Source: Ostrea edulis (taxonomy: Eukaryota). From it: 64,000 nucleotides of DNA. Location: positions 89,776,001-89,840,000 of the forward strand of contig NC_079168.1 in NCBI RefSeq assembly GCF_947568905.1, written 5' to 3'. Shown here piece by piece: positions 33,830 to 47,200 of this stretch; the stretch's first letter is position 1; every line of letters starts with the position of its first letter. The notes beneath the pieces are model-generated. The model worked only from the letters and a program-made list of their open reading frames with translations, was not told where the DNA came from and made no database searches. The translations under genes were made by a program, and so were the position numbers.

Positions 33830-36800
33830 TCCGTAATGAAAAGGTGAAGATTACAAAGTGATTAATCTCATAATGCATGAATGAGCTTGTTCCAACTGGC
33901 TACAAGATTAAGCAGGTTCCTCGGTCTGGAGGTACCCGTGGCGGGGGAGTTGGAATCATCTGCAAGTTAGGCATCGATCTATGCGTAACTGCAACCAGTA
34001 GAGACAACCATTATTCTACCTTTGAGTTGCTAGATTGCAATGTAATTATAAATAGTTACTCAATACGTATAGCTGTTGTGTATAGACCACCACCTACACA
34101 AAAAAAATGGATTAACCACTAGTGTATTCCTGGGTCAAGAATGGCCGATGTTTTTAGCAGATTTCGCTGCAACAGATAGGAGCATCATGATAACGGGAGA
34201 TTTGAACCTGCATCTTGACATTCCAACACATAGAGACACGCTGAGGTTCAATAGTATCCTGCAGTCTTGCGGCATGCAGCAACATGTGAATGAACCAACG
34301 CATGTCCGTGGTCATACACTGGATGTGATCATTACCAGAGATACTGACAAGATTGTTTCCACGGTGGAAGTGATCGATCCTGGTTTATCAGATGGTTCTG
34401 GTAATGTGTTGCGTGATCATTTCGCAGTAATCTTCAAAGCATGCGCCTCCAAGCCTGCTCCTTTGAGGAAAACAGTTACTTACAGAAAACTCAGATCCAT
34501 CAATGTGGAGTCTTTCCAGAAGGACATTGAAGTGTCAAAAGTTCTGAAGGACTCTCTAAAATTTGTGGACATTGAAGAGCTAGTTGCTACATACAACAGA
34601 GAACTTTCATTTCTTGTTGAAAAGCATGCTGCACAACGCACAAAAACAATTATAATTAGACCTACCTGCTCCTGGTACACTGAAGAACTCCATGAGGCAA
34701 AACATCTGAGGTGTAAATTGGAACGCAAATGGCAAAGGACAAGACTCACAATCGATCATGACATTTATAGAAATCAGTGTGTAATGTGAACAAATTGCTC
34801 AGACAGGTTAGACTAAATTACTACACAGAAAAACTATCATCAGGTCAGCAAGACCCAAAGACTCTATTTAAAATGACAAAGTATTTGTTGGAAGGTCCCA
34901 GTGAGGTTGTACTGCCATCTGGCAAAGCATCATGCGAGCTTGCCCAAGACTTCAGTGACTTTTTCATAAATAAAATAGAGTGTATAAGAGATAATATAAA
35001 TTCAAAGTCTCCGCCTGAAATATGTACGTACAATCTCGAGGCAGACGTAGACACGACCATGACTCTCCTGGAGGAGTTCACCTCTGTTACAGAGGAGGAG
35101 GTACAGAGAATAATCAAGCATTCACCTAATAAATCGTGTGAGCTAGACCCAATACCAACATGGCTTTTAAAATCTTGTTTGCAAGAACTTCTACCAATTC
35201 TGACAAACATTATAAACCTATCGCTTAAATTTGCAAGTGTACCAGCAGCATTCAAAAAAGCACATATAAGACCTCTTCTGAAAAAAGCAAATCTTGAACC
35301 AAATACTCTTAAGAACTATAAACCTGTGTCCAATTTGCCTTTTGTTTCAAAGGTCCTGGAAAAGGTAGTGAACTCCCATATTGAAGACCATTTGACATTA
35401 AATAACTTTCATGAAGAACACCAGTCAGCATATAGGCAGTTCCATTCCACGGAATCTGTACTACTGAAGGTACAGAATGATATACTACAATCTTTAGACC
35501 AAAATGATGTCACTATACTTGTGATGCTGGATCTTTCCGCTGCATTTGACAGTATCGAACACACTACCCTGTTGCACCGACTTGAACATCTGTTCGGAAT
35601 AACAGGCAAATCACTAGGATGGATATCATCTTACCTCAGTGACCATCACCAAACGGTCTGCATAGATGGTGCAAAGTCAAGGCCAGTGAAAATGAATTTC
35701 AGTGTGCCGCAAGGATCAGTGCTGGGTCCCAAATTCTATACAATGTACACAAAACCAATTGGTTCCATCTGTAGATATCATGGACTTGATCACCATTTTT
35801 ACGCTGATGACTCTCAGCTTTATCTGTCTTTTAAACCTAAGGACATAGCTACACAGGCAGATACATTACATCGTATTGAGGTTTGTCTATATGACATCGT
35901 GTTTTGGATGCATGGCAATATGTTGAAACTCAACACGGATAAGACTGAGGTCATTGTGTTTGCATCTGATCGAAATGCAAACCTCATTATAAACATTTCA
36001 GTGACAGTAGGTGACTCACAAATTAATCCTTCAACCTGCGTTCGAAATCTTGGTGTCATGTTTGACTCCAAGATGGATATGGAGAAACAAGTGAACTCTG
36101 TAAGCAGATCTTGTTATGCACAGCTGCAGCAAATAGGCCACATCAGAAAATATTTAACAACAGAAGCAACTAAATCTCTTGTGAACTCCCGAATTACATC
36201 AAGGTTAGATTACTGTAACACTCTCCTGGTTGGTGTTCAAAAGAAAGTCCTGAGCAAGCTCCAACATATTCAGAACACTGCCGCACGTCTCATATCCAGG
36301 ACCTCTCGTTACAACCATATCACTCCAATACTAAGAGAACTACACTGGTTACCTGTGCAGTATAGGACACAATATAAGATACTTACTTATACTTACAAAG
36401 CCTTACATGATGAGTGCCCAACTTATATCAAACAATTACTAGAGATATATAAGCCTACCCGAAATCTTAGGTCTATAAAACAATCAGTCACTTTAGTTAT
36501 TCCAAAAAGTCGAACCGTAACATACGGAGATCGGTGTTTCAGAACAATAGCTCCAAAACTGTGGAATGCCCTTCCAGAACATGTAAGGGACTGTAGAACA
36601 CTGTGTGCATTCAAGAAGTCACTGAAAACACATTTTTTCCATGAAGTTTTCCAGGACTAGTTTCTATCATTTCAGTCATTCGTGTAGGTTAGATTCTGTG
36701 AAAACTAGACTGTGTGTCTTAACTTTCGAGTACCATTTTGTGATGTTTTATTAAAAAAAAAAAAAAAAGGGGGGGGGGGGAGAATTGTATGTTTGAATGT

Positions 36801-37057
36801 ATTATACCCGAGACATTATATGGTGCGTGTGTGTATTTCATTATTATTTTAATACGCCCTGAAACTGATGTTTATTCTTATCTAGCATATTTATGGTATC
36901 TTGTGTTTTCATGTTTTATATGAGCTTTTAATGTTTTATTTATTTTCTATGTATTATGTGTATAACATTCCCTTGTAAGGTATATATGCATTGTAAAGCA
37001 CCTTTGAGCCTACATAGTGTATGAAAAGGGTGCTATATAAATATGGTATTATTATTA
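33830..37057 (+). mobile_element. L2/CR1-group LINE, 5'-truncated, near-complete ORF2 (APE endonuclease + reverse transcriptase) broken by two frameshifts
   Basis: Endonuclease motifs RGGGVG, YRPP, ITGDLN, PTHVRGHTLD, DHFAV; RT motifs PVSNLPFVSKVLEK, QSAYR, LDLSAAFD, VPQGSVLGP, YADDSQLY. The frame changes near 34100 and 34785. The 3' end has a stem-loop agcacctt...aagggtgct, then tatataaat and a (TAT)n tail. Confidence 0.93.
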
Positions 37058-37300
37058 CAACTCCTAAAAGGAAAACAAAATTAAGAGTTGGGAAAACACG
37101 GACCCCTGGATATACCACAGGTGCCTAGGAGGAGTAAGCATTCCATGTTGACCGGTCACACCCATCATGAGCCCTCTATCTTTATCAGGTAAACGAAGTA
37201 ATCCATAGTCAAAATCAGTGTGTAAAGAATGGCCTAACAATTGGTATGAAACATGTCAGACAGCATTTGTGACCCAATGACTGGTTGTATTGACAAATAC
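37058..37300. mobile_element. Fragment of an abundant bivalve interspersed repeat (possibly Penelope-derived)
   Basis: caactcctaaaaggaaaacaaaattaagagttgggaaaacacggacccctggatatacc...gaccggtcacaccc...gagccct; recognised from memory only. Confidence 0.35.
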
Positions 37301-40006
37301 AATCCATTTATTACATGCATATAAAACTTGGGGAAAAGTTGGTTTATTTATCATGTTCTATTAACAAGCTTAACTCATATCACAAAGTAGTTCAAGTTTC
37401 CTCAAGATAAAGTAAACTTTGCTTCCAAACATTGACAGTCATTTAAAGGAGTGGGGGTGGAACTAGGCCCATATCCTACATATAGTCCCTTTTATTATAT
37501 CAAAGAATGACACACATAACTCTAGTAACCATAACCATTGACTACCAAGGTGGTGAATGAAACAAAGATCAAATTCAAAATCATTTATTATGTATTCACC
37601 AAAATATCACATGTTGGGAACATCATGCAATTTCCATATAAATATATAAATAGATAAAACACGTGTATGTTGTACAGAAAAAGTCAAAATATACATTATG
37701 TAAATCAAATCAGCACATACAATACGTAAATATTTCATCAGAAACTTGAAGCATATATAGATTTAAACTTTATTGCCACTTCTCATTAAAGTTTATGCAT
37801 TTTACTCCAAAAATGGTTATTTTCACTCAAGTTGAAAATGACTTTCAAAAATATAATCTAGCTGAATATATGTTCATATGTCCACTGTTATAGCCATCTT
37901 GGTAATAATACATAAGAAAATTAGCTAAATTGTTTACAGGGATGGGGTAAATCATACTGTAAAGTAATAAATCAAATTACAATTATGTTGTCCTTTTTTC
38001 AATATTGAAAGGCAATTAATTTGAATTTTTGTGTCATTAGTGTTTCAAACAGGTTCATTATGTTTATTATACAAGAACATCATACAGTACATCAGTTACC
38101 TTTATGTTTTCATCTGAAATTCATTATGAAAATGACCATGTTTGTAGAAAATGTTTAAAAACTGTCCACAAAACAACAAATCTATATTCAAACTTTTTGC
38201 CTGGATTTACTTCATTTAAGGTATCCAATCTGTAATATCTATAGCACTAAATCTTTTGTGAAAACAAAATGCCTAATTCTTAGCGAGATAAAGATGGCAG
38301 AGAGAGAGTAGATGATGCCCAGATCTATTTAGAGTGAATTAGATTTTTTTTTGTCAGAGTTGTCTCCCCTTGTAGATTTTCATAATTTGAATGCTGACCT
38401 TTACTTTTCTTTGCATATTTTGAAGGACCATGGCTCACCATGAACTTTCTTTGGAAATTATATTCTAATTGACTTTATATATCAGAAATGTGTTTTTTCA
38501 TAGGGATTGGTGTTAATCTCTAATAACAGATATTTCTTAAATATCTTATCAATTTTCTAAATTCTTTGGGTAAATCACTGTGTATGTTAATTATTTTTCA
38601 TTTGATACAAAGCTTTGTATTCTTGAAAAAAAAAATTGGGGGGTTTAAGGATCGGATACCTTAAGAACAGCAAATAAGGCAAATAATGGTGTATAGATTT
38701 TCTTGAAAGCAGAAATGTAGGTTAATAAGTTGAACAATAAAATAAGAAATGTAGGCATAGAGAATTCTTGGTATTGCACTGGTGCATAATCACAAATACA
38801 ATTGGTTTTCAAAATGACAGTACTGCTTGTAAAATGAAATTTAGCATGTATAAAGACTCAAATGAATAATGACACACTCTTTTCATGCAAATATGTACAG
38901 TATATTTCTTTCAAAGAGCAAGCAAGGATTATCTTGCCTATCAAACACATACTTGTATGTAAAATGATTTCTACTCAATACATGCATAATATAAAGCCAC
39001 TTATATTTCTGTGACCAGGTCATGCCTTTGTGGATTTCGATAGACTGGCCGCAAGGCACTAGCATCTAAAGTGGAATGATTCAAGCTCCTGTGTGAAGGG
39101 ACGCTGAATCCTGATCGTGGAGATGCTTGAAGATGAGGATGATAAGGTTTCCTTGGAGATGAGTATGAAGGAGATTGCTGATTACCAAGCCAAGGGGAAT
39201 GAAACTACAACATCATGCAAAGGTGTGTTAGCATGGAGACATTACAGAGCCAGGAAAGTGCTTGTATAAACATTTAGCATTTCCTGAAATGAAAGCTAGT
39301 ATATGATACCTTTGAATATTGTCAAAACAGAATTCAAAAGTGGAAATCTAATATAAGAATACAAGCTGTTTCAATTTAACACATAAAAACTTTCAATAGA
39401 ATCATTCTTTTATTACAAGTTCCATTATAACTGTTTAAGGAATATGATAATTTCAAAAAAGTTATTACAAATTTCTTCTTTGCAAAATTTTATGTTACAT
39501 GTATTTTCATTCCAATATGTTAGAAAAATTAAATTCCAAAAAAAAATAAAAAATTGAATTGTTAATTTTACAAAACAATCAATTCCTTTTATTAAAGTAT
39601 TATCTGATCCTGTCCAGAAGATCATTGATTTTAGGCAAGTCTCCAATGAGAAAATATTGTTTTTAGTTTACAGCAAGGATTGTTAACCAAACGTAGACCA
39701 CACTGTTATGTAATTATTAGAACACAGTATAGTTCTCTCAGAGCAAGTTAATGAGAAACCAACACATTAAGCAGAGTCAGATTGACATACAGATCTATAC
39801 AGTGATAGGAGAGGAGCACTGCTCGGTGAATATCATATACGTCTCCTGCAAACACACCCCATAATGTGACAATGGCAGCAGAAGCATCACTGTACATAGT
39901 CCATAGCAAGATAGCATTTGAAGATTGTGTAAACCAACATTATAAGCTAATTATATAGTTATCATGATTTTCATTAAACAAAGATAGTGAAAACAGTTTA
40001 ACAGAA

Positions 40007-41210
40007 TTATACATATTCATCTCTAACCTGTGAAGTATTCAGTGAACTATTTGCACTGGTGAAGTCAGTTCTAGACGGCATTCCAGCATGACCATTGTAT
40101 GCTGAGTAATTCTGAATGGCCGTACTGGGTGATCTCCCCTGATAGTGTTGCTGGTCTGGCCCAATCCTGCTGGTAGACCGACCTCTGTCACCATATGGAG
40201 AGTGCTCATGCTGTTGTCGACCAGGGGGTCCCCGAGGGTCATAGTAGTGAGTTTGCTCCTTGTCTTCTCTAGCATATGATTGTCCTTGATTATATGAGGT
40301 ACTACCTTTACTTCCCCTCACTGGGGATTCGCCTGCGTTATACAGCTGGGGATTGTTCTCTGTGCGTCTGTGTGCTGGGTGTCCTGAACTACTGTATGAA
40401 ACATTTTCCTGGGTGGACTGTCTAGAAGTGTCACCCACTTGCTGAGGACTGAATAACCGGGTATTGGGAGAGTTTCCACTAAACACACTGGACGGCTGGT
40501 TTTTGTCTATATGAACACTGGAGGGAGTAGTCTGTTTGTAAGGTGAAGAATTATACACCATGGAAGACAAGTTACTGGAGTTTAACGGTGAGTTGACAGT
40601 GTCTAATTGACTTGTTTTGTAGCCTGTTCTCTTGTCGTACTCAGGGTTAGATGGAGCAATGGGGTACTGCTGACCCACATATGATCGGTTTTGTTTGTGA
40701 GTCATCGAGTTATCTGTCCTAAGAACTTCAGCTGTGGACGGAGGGGTGACAGAGTACATGGAGTGAGGAGGACGACTGTAGTTTGATACATGGGAATCGT
40801 TTCTACGAGGAGATTCAGGGGTCCGATGACGATGAGATGACTCTACATCAGACACATAATCTTTCTGTGATGTATTTTCAGTGTTGTGTCTCCTGGAGTA
40901 AGGTGAATTTTCCTGTCTAGAGTAAGGCGAATTTTCCTGTCTGGAGTTTGGTGTATTCCGAGATTGATTCTCATTGACTCTGTATCTCTGAGACACTTTG
41001 GAAATATCGTTCATTGGACTGTTGCTCACTTTTGTGTTAGTCATCGGAAGTTTGTAAACATTGGGATTGTTTGATTGGTAATTCCGGGATCGACTGGATA
41101 TGACATCCGACATGTATCCGCTAGTTCTGGGATTGCTTTGAGTTACATGTACATCCGAGGTGTATCCACTGGTGTTGTATCGCTGACCAGAAGATCCAGA
41201 ACGGGGTTGT
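40007..41210 (-). CDS. EPB41L4A: Terminal exon of the EPB41L4A-like gene: ~400-aa S/N/Q/R/Y-rich low-complexity tail ending ...RDEYV*
   Basis: Acceptor ccaattttag|A is in frame with ORF 40007-41113 and phase-compatible with upstream exons. Confidence 0.8.
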
Positions 41211-44200
41211 CTAAAATTGGGAGATGTTAAAGAGTATTACACACTGTACATATCACACACATTTAACTAGTCATAATCATGAACCATATTTTACCCCACA
41301 CATATAACAAATTTGTAGAGAAATTATGAATCATAATTTAACTAACGTTGGTCATATGAAGGTGACTTGCTTACATGTATACGTGTTCAACATCAAAATC
41401 AATACACAGTCGCAGTATAAGTGACCTTTCTTGCATGTGTCAAATCAAAACAAAAACGGTGGTTAAGCAATCTGCTAGAGATAGATCTCTTGATCTTTGA
41501 CTGTGATTTACACTCCATGGAGCACATAAAGCCAATGATTGACCTGTACATCAGTTGAGAAGATGACATTAAATGTGTAAGTTTTAATCAGTGTCAAAAC
41601 TTATAGATTCATGTACTTAATGACGGGCCTTGGCAGGGCAAAACTAAGTTCACAAATTCTTTCATAACAATTATTTGGATAATTATTTTGTGAAACATAA
41701 CTAATTATAAGTTTTGTAATTAATTATGAATTCACCATGTATAACAATAAACACATAAATTTCCCACCATTTTCTTTGAAATGACCAAGAAATCATGAAT
41801 TATCAAAGCCTGTTTGAATTTAGAGAATATGGGCCACATATGTTGATCATTATAAAAAAGACATATTATAGGGTTATTGAACTTATATCGGTGAATATTG
41901 GCACGAGTTGGCTGTGAAAATGTACGAGCTTGCGAGTGCATTTTGACAGCCAACGAGTGCCAATATTCACCTATATAAGTTCAATAACCCTTTTATTATA
42001 TAGCTAAAGTATTTGGTTGTTAAGTTATATTCATTTTCACCCAAACTACTCCAAAATAGACGAGAATTCATCAATATTGCCAGTGTGACATAACAGCATG
42101 CATTTCTTAACTGTTCAATATTTAACCCGTCATTAATGCATGAAGCAAACTGATTTTGTAAATTGGGACATCATAATTTATGTACAGTAAAACATAATGC
42201 TTAAGTAAATATCAAATACCGGCTCTGTCAAATTCGGAGGACCGTCGTCTGCCATTTTTGCTTGTTTACGTCGTTACGGTAACGTCAATATTGAACGCTC
42301 ATACTCGGAATGTTTCGGGCGCATACAATTTACGCAATGTAAAGTTAGCGTTCAATAAATTCTCAGGATATTGAATGCTAACATTCTCTAGATTTTACGC
42401 AGATTTTATATTAGACTATTTATTAGCTATATAATAATATAGGGTTATTGAACTTATATTGGTGAATATTGGCACGAGTTGGTTGTAAAAATGCACGAGC
42501 TTGCGAGTGCATTTTGACAGCCAACGAGTGCCAATATTCACCTATATAAGTTCAATAACCCTTTTATTATATAGCTAAAGTATTTAGTTGTTAAATTATA
42601 TCCCTTTTCACTCAAACTACTCCAAAATAGACGAGAATTCATCAATATTGGCAGTGTGCAATAACAGCATGCATTTCTTAACTGTTCAATATTTAACCCG
42701 TCATTAATACATGAAGCAAACTGATTTTGTAAATGGGGACGTCATAATTTATGTACAGTAAAACATTTTGCTTAAGTAAATATCAAATACCGGCTCTGTC
42801 AGATTCGGAGGACTGTCGTCTGCCATTTTGGCTTGTTTACGTCGTTACGGTAACGTCAATATTGAACGCTCATACTCGGAATGTTTCGGGCGCATACAAT
42901 TTACGCAATGCAAAGTTAGCGTTCAATAAATTCTCAGGATATTGAACGCTAACATTCTCTAGATTATACGCAGATTTTATATTAGACTATTTATTAGCTA
43001 TATAATAATAATCTTTATTCATTATTGCTATAAATACATCCAGTTTTAATCGATGCATGTGTTGAGTTTTTAAGGAAAATGCAAAAATTCACAACTTAGT
43101 CATATCCCTGACGAGGAATCAATTTTGGAATAGAGAAATTCAAAATGTTGGTGTCTGACTACTTTGATGTAGAAATACCTGAAGAGGCCCATGGCTCATA
43201 TCTAAAGATTTTTCCTATATATTTGTATGTAAAACTTTGATCCCTATTGTGGCCCCAACCTACTTCCATGGACCATGATTTTTACAAACTTGAATCTGCA
43301 CTATGTCAGGAAGCTTTCATGTAAACAAACATTTCAGGCCCAGTGATTTTTCAGAAGATTTTTATTGATTTTCCCTATACATTTGTATGTAAAATTTTGA
43401 CCCCCTACTTTGGCCCCATCTTACCCCTGGGAACCATGATTTTTACAAACTTGAATCTGATGTCAGGAAGCTTTCGTGCAAATGTAAACTTCTTAAACCC
43501 AATGGTTCTTGAGAAGAAAAATTTTAAATATTTTTTTCCCTATTTATTAGCTATGTAAAACTTAGATCCCCTATTGTGGCCCCATCCTAACCCCAGGGGT
43601 CATGAGTTTAACAAACTTGAATCTGCACTATGTCAGGAAGCTTTCATGTGAATTTCAGCTCTTCTGGCCCAGTGGTTCTTGAGAAGAAGATTTTTAAATG
43701 ACCCCACCCTATTTTTGCATTTATATGATTATCTCCCCTTTGAAGGGGCATGGCCCTTTATTTGAAGAAACTTGAAAGCCCTTCACCCAAGAATGCTTTT
43801 GGCCATGTTTGGTTATAATTGGCCCAGTGGTTCTGGAGAAGTCGAAAATGTAAAAAGTTTACAGACAGACGGACAACAGGCGATCAGAAAAGCTCTTAGC
43901 TCAGGTGAGCTAAAACTGAAAAAATGTTTGAAATCCTGGGCCAGAAATGACTATTGTCAATACTAGTCCTTAGTTACATAGACATCTGGTTACCAGGTAT
44001 AAGGCAATATCTGGTTTATAGCAGATTTCTTACTCCACCTTGACTTCATCTCATCAAGTATGATATCAACTAACCAGGTGTCACTCCATTTCAATTTACA
44101 AGATGACAATGTCACTGATATAATAGCACTCCAATTTCACATCAATAATTAACATGTATAGTTCAATAAACTTTATGCATAAACATATGTTTTCAGATTC

Positions 44201-47200
44201 AAGTTAGAGAGATGATTTTTAAGAAATCATATATAACGTGAAATAACAACATATTTTACCCAACCTTTTTGAAGACTGAAAGATTGGGACAGAGAGAAAT
44301 TGATAGTATTTCATCATTTCCCTCCAGCATACTGTAGTAAAATACCACATTCAGATCTACACACTCTTAGCAAAGAGTCCATCTCTTCATACAAACATTA
44401 CCTGTCCTTGACCTCTGTTTCCGTGGCAACATTAGACTCAGTCATGTGATCTATGGCTTCCAGTGTGTCATCTGACACACTTTCAGAATTGGGACCGATA
44501 GTGTCATCAGACTGATTTGTACTAGTAGTTTCTTGTTTTGTGCTGTTTGTAAAATGGTTTGGATTTTTAAAAAACACCACACGAATATTTGAGAATTATT
44601 CATACTTTCTAAAATGATAATTGAGAATTTGCATTAGTTACTGTTTGAAAATTATCCACTTAGTCTTTCACACATCATTAACATTTCCCACTTTTAGTAT
44701 AAATTTATGAAATATCATTAGATGAATCAAACTTTAAAAACAATTGAAATTTTAATGCAGGTATGTATTATCATTAAAAAAAAAGCTATAAGTACACGTA
44801 TATGCTCTATATGAAAATGTAATGATTGAATTGTATGTATATAGTAAACTACAGTACTGAATGAAATATGATGTTATTATCCTGATTATGAAGGTGAAAA
44901 GCTTATTGAATGAGACTGGCCACACAGTTATGTATGTATTAACAGTAGATGAACCTCATGAGTGTTGAATATGATGCATTTACTAGAAAGTAGCATAAAT
45001 GTGAAGCAAATATAAACTTATTTATTAAAAGTGTGCAAGCAAATAAAACAAAGTTCCGAGGTTTATGTATATTTTTTGTTAATTCTTATATTCTAAACAT
45101 TAGATGAAATTGTAGTATATATATTAAGCTATACAAATTCAACATCATTTTATGTGGAGGATGTCAGAAAAATGCAGGAAAAGTTGCACAAAATCTGATT
45201 ACTAAACTCTACCCATGCTTACCTGCCTTTCACAGTGATTTTTATTCTGACCTTTATATTACAGCCAAATTCTAAATAAACACAAGCACTATACATATAG
45301 ATGTTTATACCTCTGGACCCTGTACTGCGCTGTCCCTGCAGAAGTGTGGGGTTGACTTCGCATACTGTCAGTCCTAACAAATTAATGGAAGACATCTTAA
45401 AGAAGATTCTTAAAAATGTCATCATAACAAACTCAGTCAAGTACAGATACTGTCCAATTCAAAATGTTTTGTAAATTATATTCACGTTTTGACACCAAAT
45501 TCTAAATACACAATATAAAATGTACTTTGTATTCCAGATTTTGTCTAATGAGAAGTAGTCAGTCATAAGTAAGCATGTCCAACAACATGTAAGACAAGTT
45601 TCACTGCATTTGAAAACTGGAAGTTTAATGCCTTAAAGAAAACAGAAATTCAGTGTTAATCATTCATACCTCTGACCAAATGTCTGCTCGGGTGTACCAT
45701 TCGATCTGTTCATGTTTGCTGGATTCTAAAAAAAAATCCCCAAACACCAATGAAAGGATTATACATGACAACAGGCTTTTTTGGCTTTCATAATACTCAA
45801 AATCTTATAAACTAAATCTAATTTCAGTTCATAAAAGAGATCACATCCAATACAGTTTCACACAATTTCATAGGATTTTTTTTTCTCTTAGGAAAACATG
45901 GCATTAAAACTGATGCAATTCTTCAACTCAAATTTCAATAAAAAAATTTTTACTTTTGCAAAACATAGAACATACATCAGGGTTTGAAGCTAACTTTTTA
46001 TGTCGCCAGTCCAGCCGGACTGATGGGGTATAATTTCAACCAGTCCATAGAAAAATTCACCAGTCCAACAGAGTTTTCCAGAAATAATTAACAGATTTCA
46101 TTAATGTTATTTAAATGAAATTTAACTTAACATGCTCAGACAATATTGCAACACTTTTAACCAGTCACAGACTGACGGGCATATGTTAATTTCGAGCCCT
46201 GTACAGCTTTGGATATTAATGAGTTTATGGAAAGATTTATCCATGGTATAAATCACTTAGCCAAGGGTGACAATCCAAGGCCATTTCCCTGTTCATGTGA
46301 AGAGAGAAACACCATGGGTCATGAGTATATAACACATGGAAAGATAAATAAATGGTAACCCTATAAATAATATGGTGCATATCCAAGACTGGATTGATGT
46401 TTCTGAAAGAAAAACTGTGAGATGAATAGTCATTTCATGTCAGAATACTGAAAACGGCGGGAAAAGGATATCTTTTGATTTCATAACTCTGAATCTTGGT
46501 CATGTTTGTCAAACTGAGAATACCAACTTAGTTGCATCAGGATTCTTGCACAAAATACACTAAAATTTCACAGCAAAATTTAGCTTGACTATTAAAGCCC
46601 TACTTGTATATACTTTCATCAAAACTTATCCCTTAATACCAAGATTAATCTAACACTGAATTAATGTAAAATTATGAGCATTTAAAGGGCAAAACTAATT
46701 TGTCAGGTTTTTTTAAAAGTACAAAATACATGTAAAATGCAATATATGACATTTATTTACAGTGCATATATACTGTAGCATTTTAAATATAAAATAGATA
46801 TGAACCCAATAATAGGAATTCCTGTCAATGATATGCACAACAAGAGAATGAAGGAAAATTAATCTGAATCCTGGGAAACTTTAGGTTACAGACGGAACGA
46901 TTAACTCAATACCGTGTGATGGAGGGATATAGAAACGACACAATATAAACAAGGTAAACACAGGAATTGGCCAAATTGGATTCACACCTTCTAAACATGT
47001 TATGCCAGTTCACAAACAATTAGTCATAAATGGACTTATTAGACATGTACTAAAACCTATACATTTTAGAAATCTAAAGGGAAAAGTCTTGTACCTCAAC
47101 AACCTGGTATTTTAAAGGATGTTTTTGTTTTCAATAATATCCATATATGACCTTTGATATATATTATTTGTATGTACTGCTTAGAGTGGACAAAGTTGGC

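Noticed and set aside
39060-39230. Short acidic coding-like stretch (MLEDEDDKVSLEMSMKEIADYQAKG)
   Set aside because: In-frame stop just upstream, no partner exons or recognisable family.
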